In this document: positions 53,001-61,703 of the stretch, in pieces
Layout of the letters: every line of letters starts with the position of its first letter
Numbering within the stretch: position 1 is the first letter of the stretch
Assembly: GCA_963712745.1 (NCBI GenBank)
Contig: CAVQJC010000017.1
Coordinates: 224,001-288,000, forward strand
DNA from: an uncultured Chloroflexia bacterium
GTDB taxonomy: Bacteria > Chloroflexota > Limnocylindria > Limnocylindrales > CSP1-4
DNA: 64,000 bases
Direction: 5' to 3'
Notes under the pieces: model-generated
The model's database searches: none
The model's input: only the letters and a program-made list of their open reading frames with translations
Told to the model about the DNA's origin: nothing
Made by a program: the position numbers and the translations under genes

Positions 53001-53381
53001 TCACGGCCGGCCCGGTCGCGGTGTCCGGCCCGAGCCTTTCGCGAATCGAGATCGCCGCTGAGCGGGACAACTCGACCCTGGCAGGCTACGGGAGGACTCG
53101 TCTGTCCCGCCAGACGAGAACTCGCGCCACCCTTTCCCGCTCCCCGGTAACAACCAGGCATCTGCGGGGGCGGTCTGGCCGAACTGTCCCGTTGAGCGAG
53201 AGGCAAACCCTCCGACGAAGGTCTTGCAGCCTCTCGCTCGGACGAAGGCCACCTGCGACACGCCCGATGAATTCGGGAACCCTTGCGCACTCCGGCTCCC
53301 CAGACCAGATGAGAGCGGCCACACCGGTCGCCTCGCCGCGGCAACGGAAGACCAACGGGGGGGAACACGGAGGCACTACGC

Positions 53382-54095
53382 GTGAGGAACCGATACACCC
53401 TGAGCCTGGCCCTGGCGGCTTCACTCGCCGTCGTCGGGGCACCGGCGACGCTCGCCCAGGATGGGACCGATGTGGGCAACCCTGACCAGCTCGCGTACAA
53501 GGTCATCGAGCGCAGCAAGGACATCGCTGGGCGCTCCTACCAGGACTGGATCAACGACTACGGCACGTGGTTCATCTGGGATCGCTCCCCCGACAACTTG
53601 CCGCCCGATGCCATGCAGGATTGCGATGGCGGCCAGCCGGGCGGCGACGTCTTCTTCATCCCGAGCACGCAGATCGGACAGACCACCGAGTACGGATGCG
53701 ATGTCCGCTCGGACCAGCACCTGCTGCTGTGGCTCGGCGGCACGCTCGGTTGGGTCGATGACGGCCAGACCCAGGACGAGCGGCTGGCTGACCTCTATAC
53801 CGGATTCAGCCACTGGCACGGCTTCGAGTTCACCCTCGATGGCGAAACGCTGCCGGCCGGTGGGCACCTCGTGTTCGAGCCCGACTTCTATACCGTCGAG
53901 CTGGCCGATGACAACCTCTTCGGGCTGCCGCCCGGGCCGCGTGACGTGTTCATGGTCGGGGCTTTCGTGATGCTCGAGCCGCTCGACGCCGGCCAGCACA
54001 CGGTGACGGCCAAGGGCAGCCTCTTCGATCCCGAGCTTGGCACGGCCGATACCGTCGCCATCGCCACGCTGAACGTGACCGACCCTGGCGAATAG
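53382..54095 (+). CDS. Secreted hypothetical protein
   Basis: Signal peptide (ATLA-QD); W..W, C...Q.GG.VFF, LEPL.AG.H; GGAGG RBS. Confidence 0.8.
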   Translation: MRNRYTLSLALAASLAVVGAPATLAQDGTDVGNPDQLAYKVIERSKDIAGRSYQDWINDYGTWFIWDRSPDNLPPDAMQDCDGGQPGGDVFFIPSTQIGQTTEYGCDVRSDQHLLLWLGGTLGWVDDGQTQDERLADLYTGFSHWHGFEFTLDGETLPAGGHLVFEPDFYTVELADDNLFGLPPGPRDVFMVGAFVMLEPLDAGQHTVTAKGSLFDPELGTADTVAIATLNVTDPGE

Positions 54096-54114
54096 CGCCC
54101 GAGCCGGCGCCTCC

Positions 54115-54151
54115 ACGCTCCTGCCCCTGGGAACCACTGGGGCAGGAGCGT
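54115..54151 (+). terminator. Hairpin after the secreted-protein gene, with GGAACC in its loop
   Basis: 13-bp stem ACGCTCCTGCCCC/GGGGCAGGAGCGT. Confidence 0.65.
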
Positions 54152-54224
54152 TGTCGTGTCTGCTGCAGTCGCGTAAGGTGCGCGCTTCGGCTGCGTGACT
54201 CGGCACGCGTACAAGGGAGGGTCC

Positions 54225-55412
54225 ATGCGAATCACTCGAATCTCGGTGGCGGCCGGTCTGGCCCTGGACCTGGTCGTCGCCGGTGTCGTCGCCGTCGCGG
54301 GTCAGGGCCCCGCCACGTTCACGGTGGCACGGGACGGGAGCGGCGACCACGAGACGATCGGGGCCGCGATCGCGGCTGCTGCCGCAGGGGACACCATCCT
54401 CATATCCCCCGGCGAGTACGTCGAGAACCTCTATATCGACAAGCCCGTCACCCTCTCGGGCGACGGGCCGCGTGAAGACATCGTGCTCAGGCCGAACGAG
54501 CGCGACCCGCAGATCCTCGACATCTACGGCGAAGGCCTGGACGAGGACTACTTGCCGGTGACGGTCTACGTCGACGGTGTCGACGTGACGCTCGAGCATC
54601 TGGTCGTCAAGGACGAGCAGGGCGAGACCGTGTCGCTGGTGCTCATGGGCGGCTCCCCGACCGTGCGCGACATCGTCGCCGGCTACGTTGGTGTCCGTGG
54701 GCGTGCCTCAGCCGTGCTGGAGGGCTCCGACATCCGACGCGTCAGCCTCTGGGGACCCAACATGACGACCGTGCGCAACAACACCGTCCGCAACATGATC
54801 TGGGCCAGCACGGGCGCCACCGGCGTGGTCGAAGGCAATCTCGTGCTCGACCGGCCGATCATGGCTGACCGAGGTGCCAGCCTGGAGATCGTGGGCAACA
54901 CCATCAGGCCCCTGGACGACGAGCTGGGCATCAACATCATCGATGGCGAGACCACGGCCGTGGTCACGGGCAATGATGTCCAGGGCGGCTGGCTCGGCAT
55001 CCACCTCGAGGTCGCCAAGCAAGGGCGGATCGAAGGCAACAGCCTCAGTGGGCACGAGGTCGGCATGCTGGTCAAGCAGAGCCGGACCGTTGTGCGCGAC
55101 AACACCGTCTCCGACATCAGCGAGACCGGGATCGTCATCGTCGGTGATGGCATCCAGGCCGAGGACAACATGGTGACCGGCGGACGCATCGGCATCCACG
55201 TGGAGAAACCGGACACCTATCCCCCGGAGCTTCTCCTCGATGAGCCCACCCGCATCACCGGCAACTCGATGACCGGCGCCTCGCATTTCGGGATGGTGGT
55301 GGAGGGCTCCGCGGAGATCTCCGGCAACACCATCTGTGCCCGGCGGGAGCCCTTGCGGGTCCTCGGCGGCGATCCCCGGATCGGCTCGAACGACATCTGC
55401 GACGTGGACTGA
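54225..55412 (+). CDS. Exported right-handed parallel beta-helix (pectin lyase-like/NosD/PbH1) protein
   Basis: VARDGSGDHETI.AAI..A..GDTI.I.PGEY.ENL.IDK cap; repeated I.GN.I/V..GI turns; GGGAGG RBS. Confidence 0.85.
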   Translation: MRITRISVAAGLALDLVVAGVVAVAGQGPATFTVARDGSGDHETIGAAIAAAAAGDTILISPGEYVENLYIDKPVTLSGDGPREDIVLRPNERDPQILDIYGEGLDEDYLPVTVYVDGVDVTLEHLVVKDEQGETVSLVLMGGSPTVRDIVAGYVGVRGRASAVLEGSDIRRVSLWGPNMTTVRNNTVRNMIWASTGATGVVEGNLVLDRPIMADRGASLEIVGNTIRPLDDELGINIIDGETTAVVTGNDVQGGWLGIHLEVAKQGRIEGNSLSGHEVGMLVKQSRTVVRDNTVSDISETGIVIVGDGIQAEDNMVTGGRIGIHVEKPDTYPPELLLDEPTRITGNSMTGASHFGMVVEGSAEISGNTICARREPLRVLGGDPRIGSNDICDVD

Positions 55413-55506
55413 GGGCCCGCTGTCCAAGATGGAACCCCTGATCGCCGAGCATCCCCAGACTGGGTAGGCGCGGCCGACCACGACCGGGCCAGCACCGGAG
55501 GAACCG

Positions 55507-56055
55507 ATGCAGCGAGAGCTTGTCGAGCAGGCGATCAAGGGGGACCACGACGCGTTCAGTGAGCTCGTCCGGCTGTCGAGCCGGAAGCTGTACGCCGTGG
55601 CCACGTTGATCCTGCGTGACAAGACGCGAGCAGAGGACGCCACGCAGGAGGCACTGGTGGCCGCCTGGCGCGACCTCTCGGGGTTGCGCGACCCGGACCG
55701 TTTCGAGGCCTGGCTCCACCGCGTGCTCGTGCGCGAGTGCTACCGCATGGCCAAGCGCGAGCGCCGGCGCATCGAGGTCGAGGGCCAGGTCCGCGCCCTG
55801 ACCGAGACCGACGACCCCAGCCGCCAGCAGGCTGCTCGCGACGAGCTCGAGCGTGGGTTCGCCCGCCTGCCGGTCGACCAGCGGACCGTGCTCGTACTGC
55901 ACCACTACGTGGGCTACTCCTTTCCAGAGATCGCTGAGACGCTGGGTATCCCGGTGGGTACCGCCAAGTCGCGCGTGCACCGGGCCACCAGTGCCATGCG
56001 TGCCGCGCTCACCGCCGATGCCCGCACTCCGACCCTGGGAGGGTCTTCGGCATGA
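55507..56055 (+). CDS. ECF sigma-70 factor
   Basis: AEDATQEA, LRDPDRFEAWL, LP.DQRTVLVL, EIAETLGIPVGTAKSR. Confidence 0.95.
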   Translation: MQRELVEQAIKGDHDAFSELVRLSSRKLYAVATLILRDKTRAEDATQEALVAAWRDLSGLRDPDRFEAWLHRVLVRECYRMAKRERRRIEVEGQVRALTETDDPSRQQAARDELERGFARLPVDQRTVLVLHHYVGYSFPEIAETLGIPVGTAKSRVHRATSAMRAALTADARTPTLGGSSA

Positions 56056-57314
56056 ATGACCGCGGCAAGGCTCCCTGGGACGAGCCTGTGAACGAGCTCG
56101 ACACCGATCAGCTGCTCACCGAGTGGTTCGAGGAAGAGGCGCCCCTGCGTGAGCCGGCCCTGCTCGCGCCCAACGTCATCGCTCGCACCGCGCTCACGCG
56201 TCGACGCTCCCGGTGGTTGGTACGCGATTGGTGGCGCGATCTCCTTCGCGGCGTTCGCTGGCCGTCGCTGGTGCCCGCGCTGGCCGCGGGCGTGGTCGCG
56301 ATCGTGGCTCTTGTCTTCGCGGTCGTGACGTGGCTGCCCGAGCGCGCCTCGCAGCCCGTCCTCCCCGACTACGTGCCGGCCGATGCGCTCATCGTGTCGA
56401 GCAACGACGCATCGAAGAAGTCGACGATCGCGGAGGCTATCGCCCAGGCGCAGCCCGGCGACACGGTGGCCATCCTGCCGGGCGAGTACGAGGAGAACCT
56501 CCTCGTCGACAAGGACATCACGCTTCTCGGCGCTGGGGCGGCGGAGGAGATCGTGGTGCGTCCGGCCCAGCCGGACGAGCCCGTCATCCGTATCGACGGC
56601 GGGGATGCCACGCTCACCGGCTTCACTGTCACGGGGCCGGGCGGTGGCGTTGAGGTCGTGGCCAGCCAGGCGGTCATCGACCAGATGGTCTTCCGGGATG
56701 CCGGTCAGCGGTCGTGGAGGTTCACCGGCTCGGGTTGGGAGGAGTCCGACAGTGCCCGACCGTCGATCCTGGTGGAGCTCTTCGCCGAGGCCACCATCAC
56801 CAACAACCTCCTCGACGGCGGGGGCGACATCGAGGTGCAGCGTTCGTCGACAGCGCTGATCGAGCAGAACGAACTCAGCAACGGCCCGTCCATCGCCCTC
56901 ATGGACGCGACCGGCGAGACCGTGGTGCGCGGGAACACGATCACCGCATCTGGCGTCTTCTCGATCGAGTCCGCGTCACCGACGGACCTGCTCATCGAGG
57001 GCAACGTCATCCGTCAGCGCGATCCGGGCATCGCGATCTTGGCCTTCGACCTGGACGGCACCATCCGCGGCAACACCATCGAGGGCGCCAACGTGGGCAT
57101 CCAGATCGTGGATCGCACCACCGCGACGATCGTTGACAACACCATCGACGCGGTGGGTGTGGCCTTCGAGATCCACGAGGGCGTGGAGCCCACGATCAGC
57201 GGCAACGATCTCTGCGGGCAGAACGCGATCATCGCGCTCGTCGGGAGTGCCACCGCGCCGGACGTCTCGGACAACACGCTCTGCAAGGGCGTGCCGGTGG
57301 TCTACGAGCGGTAG
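56052..57314 (+). CDS. Putative anti-sigma factor: short cytoplasmic domain, one TM, extracellular beta-helix
   Basis: ATGA-coupled to sigma; TM ALAAGVVAIVALVFAVV; TIAEAI..A.PGDTV.I.PGEYEENL; PbH1-type repeats. Confidence 0.8.
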   Translation: MNDRGKAPWDEPVNELDTDQLLTEWFEEEAPLREPALLAPNVIARTALTRRRSRWLVRDWWRDLLRGVRWPSLVPALAAGVVAIVALVFAVVTWLPERASQPVLPDYVPADALIVSSNDASKKSTIAEAIAQAQPGDTVAILPGEYEENLLVDKDITLLGAGAAEEIVVRPAQPDEPVIRIDGGDATLTGFTVTGPGGGVEVVASQAVIDQMVFRDAGQRSWRFTGSGWEESDSARPSILVELFAEATITNNLLDGGGDIEVQRSSTALIEQNELSNGPSIALMDATGETVVRGNTITASGVFSIESASPTDLLIEGNVIRQRDPGIAILAFDLDGTIRGNTIEGANVGIQIVDRTTATIVDNTIDAVGVAFEIHEGVEPTISGNDLCGQNAIIALVGSATAPDVSDNTLCKGVPVVYER

Positions 57315-57399
57315 CGATCCCTGGCCCCGGGCCACCCGGGCCATCACCGACTCGAGCTCTGCGGCGGCCTGCGCTTCGTGTGCGACGTCCTCCCGCTGC

Positions 57400-57655
57400 C
57401 GGGCGCCTGGCTGTGCGTCCGCTGCACGAGTCCGACGATGCGGGCGCCTGGCTGTGCGTCCGCTGCACGAGTCCGACGATGCGGGCGCCTGGCTGTGCGT
57501 CCGCTGCACGAGTCCGACGATGCGGGCGCCTGGCTGTGCATCCGCTGCACGAGTCCGACGAAGCGGGCGCCTGGCTGTGCATCCGCTGCACGAGTCCGAC
57601 GAAGCGGGCGCCTGGCTGTGCATCCGCTGCACGAGTCCGACGAAGCGGGCGCCTG
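57400..57655. repeat. 41-bp tandem array (6 copies plus partial; 3 of type A then 3 of type B)
   Basis: CGGGCGCCTGGCTGTGC(G/A)TCCGCTGCACGAGTCCGACGA(T/A)G at 57400, 57441, 57482, 57523, 57564, 57605. Confidence 0.95.
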
Positions 57656-57793
57656 CGCAAGTCCATCGGGCCGCGTTGGCACCCTTCCTTTGCGCCCGGT
57701 GCCCGGCGGTGACGTTCGTTGTCACCCCGTGAGAGGCTTCGGCAGATACCGGAACCGGCATACGCCGAAGTGGCGCACCGAGGTCGAACTGGT

Positions 57794-57927
57794 GCACCCG
57801 GTGCAGACACCCGGCACCCGGTGCAGACACCCGGTGGCCGATGGCAGACACCCGGTGGCCGATGGCAGACACCCGGTGGCCGATGGCAGACACCCGGTGG
57901 CCGATGGCAGACACCCACTGGCCGATC
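57794..57927. repeat. 21-bp tandem array (4 copies plus 1 variant), preceded by a 20-bp duplication
   Basis: GCAGACACCCGGTGGCCGATG at 57823, 57844, 57865, 57886, variant at 57907. Confidence 0.95.
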
Positions 57928-58005
57928 GATGGAACCTTTCGCACCGCGCGGCGACGCAATAGGGTATGAGCGCGGCCAAGTGTGTCGCGCCGAAGCGGTG
58001 GCCAC

Positions 58006-58575
58006 ATGACACGAGAGCTCGTCCGGCGAGCGATCGAGGGCGATCACGACGCGTTTTCCAGCCTGGTGGACGCGTCGATCGATCGCCTGTATGCCGTGGC
58101 CACACTCATCCTGCGTGACTCGGACCGTGCCCAGGACGCGGTGCAGGAGGCGCTCATGTCCGCCTGGAAGGACGTGCGCGCGCTCCGCGATCCCGACGCG
58201 TGGGATGCCTGGCTCCATCGCATCACGGTGTGGGCCTGCTACAAGGCAGCCAAGAAGGAGCGTCGACGCAAGACGGTCGAGCTGAAGGTCGTTCCCGACC
58301 CCGAGCGCACGACCGCTCCTGACTCCGCGGCTACGCTGGCCAACCGCGACCTGGTCGAGCGGCAGTTGAACGACCTGCCCATCGAGCATCGCGCGGTCAT
58401 CGTCCTGCGCTTCTACCTCGACCTGCCTCTCGACGAGGTGGGCGACATCCTCGACATCCCTGTCGGGACCGTGAAGTCCCGCTTGCATCGGGCACTGGCC
58501 TCACTCCGCGAGTCGATGGCCGAGCCCGCTGCCGGCATTCCCCCGGTCGGCCTCCTGAAGGACGGCACAGCATGA
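58006..58575 (+). CDS. ECF sigma-70 factor (paralog of 55507)
   Basis: AQDAVQEA, LRDPDAWDAWL, LPIEHRAVIVLR, LDIPVGTVKSRLHRA. Confidence 0.95.
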   Translation: MTRELVRRAIEGDHDAFSSLVDASIDRLYAVATLILRDSDRAQDAVQEALMSAWKDVRALRDPDAWDAWLHRITVWACYKAAKKERRRKTVELKVVPDPERTTAPDSAATLANRDLVERQLNDLPIEHRAVIVLRFYLDLPLDEVGDILDIPVGTVKSRLHRALASLRESMAEPAAGIPPVGLLKDGTA

Positions 58576-60008
58576 ACGACCATGTCCGCTTCGAGCGGCT
58601 GTTCGCAGATGGCATGCATGAGCTCGCGCCCAAGCGTGCGCCCGACCGGCTCCGGACGAAGGTCAAGGACGAGACCGGCGACGTGCGTCCGCGCGCGCGT
58701 TGGCTCGCGCTCATGAAGGAGCCCCCCATGCGTACCAACTCACACCTCGCTGTCGGGTCACCGACTGCTCGAGTGGCGGCCATCGTCACCGCGACCCTGC
58801 TTGCGGCGATGATGATCGTGGGCGCCGGCATCGCCGGTGCTCAGCTCTTGGCCGCCGACGGCCCGATCATCGTCGACCAGTCTGGTGGAGGCGCGACCAC
58901 CACCATCACCGAGGCCATCGCCATGGCCGGGGACGGCGACGAGATCCTGGTCCGTCCCGGCACCTACACCGAATCATTCGTCATCGACAACGACATCGCC
59001 GTGCGTGGCGATGGACCTGTGGAAGACATCGTCGTCATGGCGCCGGAGGGCGGACCGATCGCAGCCACGTCCGGCGAGACTGCGGGCGAGCCGTATGCGG
59101 TGTTGTTGTCCGAGTCCGCGGGCCGCCTGTCGGGACTCACGTTCCGCGGTCAGCCCTCGATGGTCATCGCCAGTGGCGGCTCGCCCACGGTCACGGGCAA
59201 CATCATGGACGGCGTCGGCTGGGCGTTCGATGGCAGCAACCTCTCATCCGGCGGAAGTTCGATCGTGGCCACTGCCGGGACGACCGCGAACATCACCGGC
59301 AACACGGTTCTGAACGGTGGGCCGATCGCGGCCTTCGAGGGTGCCAGTCCGATGATCGAGGGCAATCGTCTCCAAGGCGGTCCGCACATCTTCCTGAGGG
59401 GCGCCGCCTCCGACACCATCGTGCGGGGCAATGAGATCCTCGGCACGCATTCGCGGGGGATCGCCGTGTCCAGTCCCGGGCCCATCATCGTCGAGGGCAA
59501 CCGCATCTCGGACTACGGGCAGGCCGGCATCCGCGTCGGGAGGAACGCGGGGGCGGAGGGCTACGAGACCCAGGTGAGGAACAACACCATCGAGGGGACA
59601 GGAACAGGGGTCGCCGTCACGCAGGGCGGAGCCCCGACCATCGAGGGCAACACCCTGTCGGGCAACGACCTCGGCATCGAGCTGAGGGGCGGGACCGCCA
59701 CCGTTGCCGACAACACGTTCAATGACAACATGGTCGCGCTCAGCTTGGGGCCCGGCAGCCACTCGGTCGATGGAAACAACATCTTCGCTGGCACCACCGG
59801 CATCATGGCCACGGGTGGCGAAGCGCAGCTCACCCGCAACGTCGTCGTGGGCGCGTCCGGTCGTGGCATCGCCATCGGCGGCACGTCGAGCCCGATGCTC
59901 GCCGGCAACCGCTCTTGCGGCAACGGCGAGAACCTCTGGGTGAGCGAGGACTCCACCCCAAGGATCGACGAGTCCAACGAGATCTGCGAGGACGCGGTGG
60001 CCGAGTAG
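58572..60008 (+). CDS. Putative anti-sigma factor with TM and extracellular beta-helix
   Basis: ATGA-coupled; APDRL...RPRARW cytoplasmic part; TM; VDQSGGG..TTI.EAI..A.DGD.I.VRPGTY; many I.GN repeats. Confidence 0.8.
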   Translation: MNDHVRFERLFADGMHELAPKRAPDRLRTKVKDETGDVRPRARWLALMKEPPMRTNSHLAVGSPTARVAAIVTATLLAAMMIVGAGIAGAQLLAADGPIIVDQSGGGATTTITEAIAMAGDGDEILVRPGTYTESFVIDNDIAVRGDGPVEDIVVMAPEGGPIAATSGETAGEPYAVLLSESAGRLSGLTFRGQPSMVIASGGSPTVTGNIMDGVGWAFDGSNLSSGGSSIVATAGTTANITGNTVLNGGPIAAFEGASPMIEGNRLQGGPHIFLRGAASDTIVRGNEILGTHSRGIAVSSPGPIIVEGNRISDYGQAGIRVGRNAGAEGYETQVRNNTIEGTGTGVAVTQGGAPTIEGNTLSGNDLGIELRGGTATVADNTFNDNMVALSLGPGSHSVDGNNIFAGTTGIMATGGEAQLTRNVVVGASGRGIAIGGTSSPMLAGNRSCGNGENLWVSEDSTPRIDESNEICEDAVAE

Positions 60009-60030
60009 CCCGGGCGGACTCGGCAGCTCA

Positions 60031-60061
60031 GCCCGGGTCGGTCGATATGGCCGGCCCGGGT
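60031..60061. terminator. Hairpin between convergent genes
   Basis: GCCCGGGTCGGTCG-ATA-TGGCCGGCCCGGGT (includes G-U pairs). Confidence 0.55.
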
Positions 60062-60076
60062 CGGCGACTATCCAGC

Positions 60077-60857
60077 CTATCCCCGCGGAGCGTCGGGGTC
60101 GATGAGGCGGGTGACGAAGAACTCGTAGCCATAGGCGTCGGGGTAGTCACGGCGCAACTGTTGCTCGCCCTCGGACTCGGCGATGAACCGTAGTGCGGCC
60201 GGGTCGAGCCGGTACTTCTCGCGCATCCTCTCGAGGTTTGCCGCCAGCGGCGTGTAGTAGTCGGTCCACCAGGACTCGTCGGGCAGCCTGAAATGGCCGA
60301 GGACCTCGTAGCCGCAGTCGCGGATGCGCGCGATGTTGCCGGATACGTCCGTGATACCCGGGTACTCGCTCTCGAAGAACGCGCGCACCTCGGCGGGCAC
60401 GTCGGGCACCAGCCAGCAGATTCTCAGACACGACGAGGCAGGCCTGGGGCCGCAGGAACTCCTGCCACTGAGTGAATGCCGCGGTGATGCCCATGATGTA
60501 GGCCGCGCCCTCGGACCAGATCAGGTCGAACGAGTGCTTGCCGAAGGGCAGGTCTCTCATGTCCCCGCGCATCACCTGGATGCGATCCCGCATACCCGCC
60601 GCGGCCGCGCGCTCGCGGAGCTCATCGAGGAACTGCTCGAAGAGGTCGACCGCGGTGATGGTCCCACCCGTCGCGGCCGCCAGTGCCACCGTCTGCATGC
60701 CCGGCCCACAGCCGACATCGAGCACGTCGGGCTGCATCGGCAGCTCCGTGCACATCTCGAGAGCGCGGAGCGTGGAGGCGTCGTCCCCGGGGCCCTGTCG
60801 CGGAAGGCCGCCATGGACATCGAGAAGGATCTCCATCAGCCAGTCGTTGTCGGTCAT
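60077..60857 (-). CDS. Class I SAM-dependent methyltransferase; frameshift near 60420
   Basis: LPRQGPG, VLDVGCGPG, FDLIWSEGA, WWTDYY.PL, YGYEFFV. Confidence 0.9.
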
Positions 60858-60932
60858 AGCCCGGAGAGGGTAGCGGCCGGGCCCGCCTGAGGGATAGGCG
60901 ATTCGGCCCCGATGTCGGGCGCCCTTGAGCCC

Positions 60933-61595
60933 CTACTCGAGACCCCAGAAGGGGCCGGACAGTCCGACTCTGCGGAAGTACTCGAGCGCACGTACCGGCT
61001 CCCGGCGCTCGTAGCCGGCCTCGAGCCGGCCCTCGTACCAGCGCGAGGCGAGCCGCCACAGGGTAGCCAGGTCCATGACGTAGCCGGGCTCGACCCCGGA
61101 TGAATCGGTCCAGCGCTGGACGCACTCGACACTGCAGAAGAGCCGCTGGTTGCCACAGGTGTGGACGACGTCGTCCCAGCACTTGGCCATGGGCACCAGG
61201 AAGTGGGCAACCTCATCGCCTACTGGTGGGGCCTCGCGGTTGACGACCCAGGCGAGTGGCTTGCCGCAGCCGGGGCACTGGGTAGCCACCAGCACCTCAG
61301 GGTCATCCGGGCAGAGCTGCGGGATGGCGAACGAATCCCAGGCACAACCACCCCACCACAACGTGTCGCGGCCCATCACGCTGAAGCCGAGGGGGACCGA
61401 GGCGAACGGGTGGGCCATCACGATCTCGCCGTCGCGCAGGACCACGTGCCGCTCGAGCGCAAGAGTGCGTAGTGACTCCCGGACCGCGTCGGCGCTGAGG
61501 CCCAGCTCTACGGCCATCTCCTCGGCCGAAGCCGGTCGGCCGTCCTCGACATAGCCTCGATACACCGCCAGGCGGACGGCTTCGTCGTGGTTCAT
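60933..61595 (-). CDS. merB: Alkylmercury lyase (MerB)-like protein
   Basis: N-terminal wHTH, HPF, CAWD (cf. MerB CxxD), CPGCG, HTC...LFCS. Confidence 0.7.
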   Translation of the reverse strand: MNHDEAVRLAVYRGYVEDGRPASAEEMAVELGLSADAVRESLRTLALERHVVLRDGEIVMAHPFASVPLGFSVMGRDTLWWGGCAWDSFAIPQLCPDDPEVLVATQCPGCGKPLAWVVNREAPPVGDEVAHFLVPMAKCWDDVVHTCGNQRLFCSVECVQRWTDSSGVEPGYVMDLATLWRLASRWYEGRLEAGYERREPVRALEYFRRVGLSGPFWGLE

Positions 61596-61703
61596 CGGCG
61601 TTCTCCTCTCAGTCGGCGGCGGGGGAGGCGGCCACGGGCCCGGCGAGCCCCGGCTCGCTTGCTGATGATGCCCGACTCGTCGTGCGTCGATGCGATGGAC
61701 CGG

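Noticed and set aside
53198-53240. c-di-GMP-I riboswitch (GGCAAACC seen)
   Set aside because: Lacks the GAAA tetraloop stem and the following GACGCAAAGC element
57400-57927. CRISPR array, or proteins encoded by ORFs crossing the repeats
   Set aside because: No spacers; the 41-bp unit is not a multiple of 3, so the ORFs simply cycle through the same three frames
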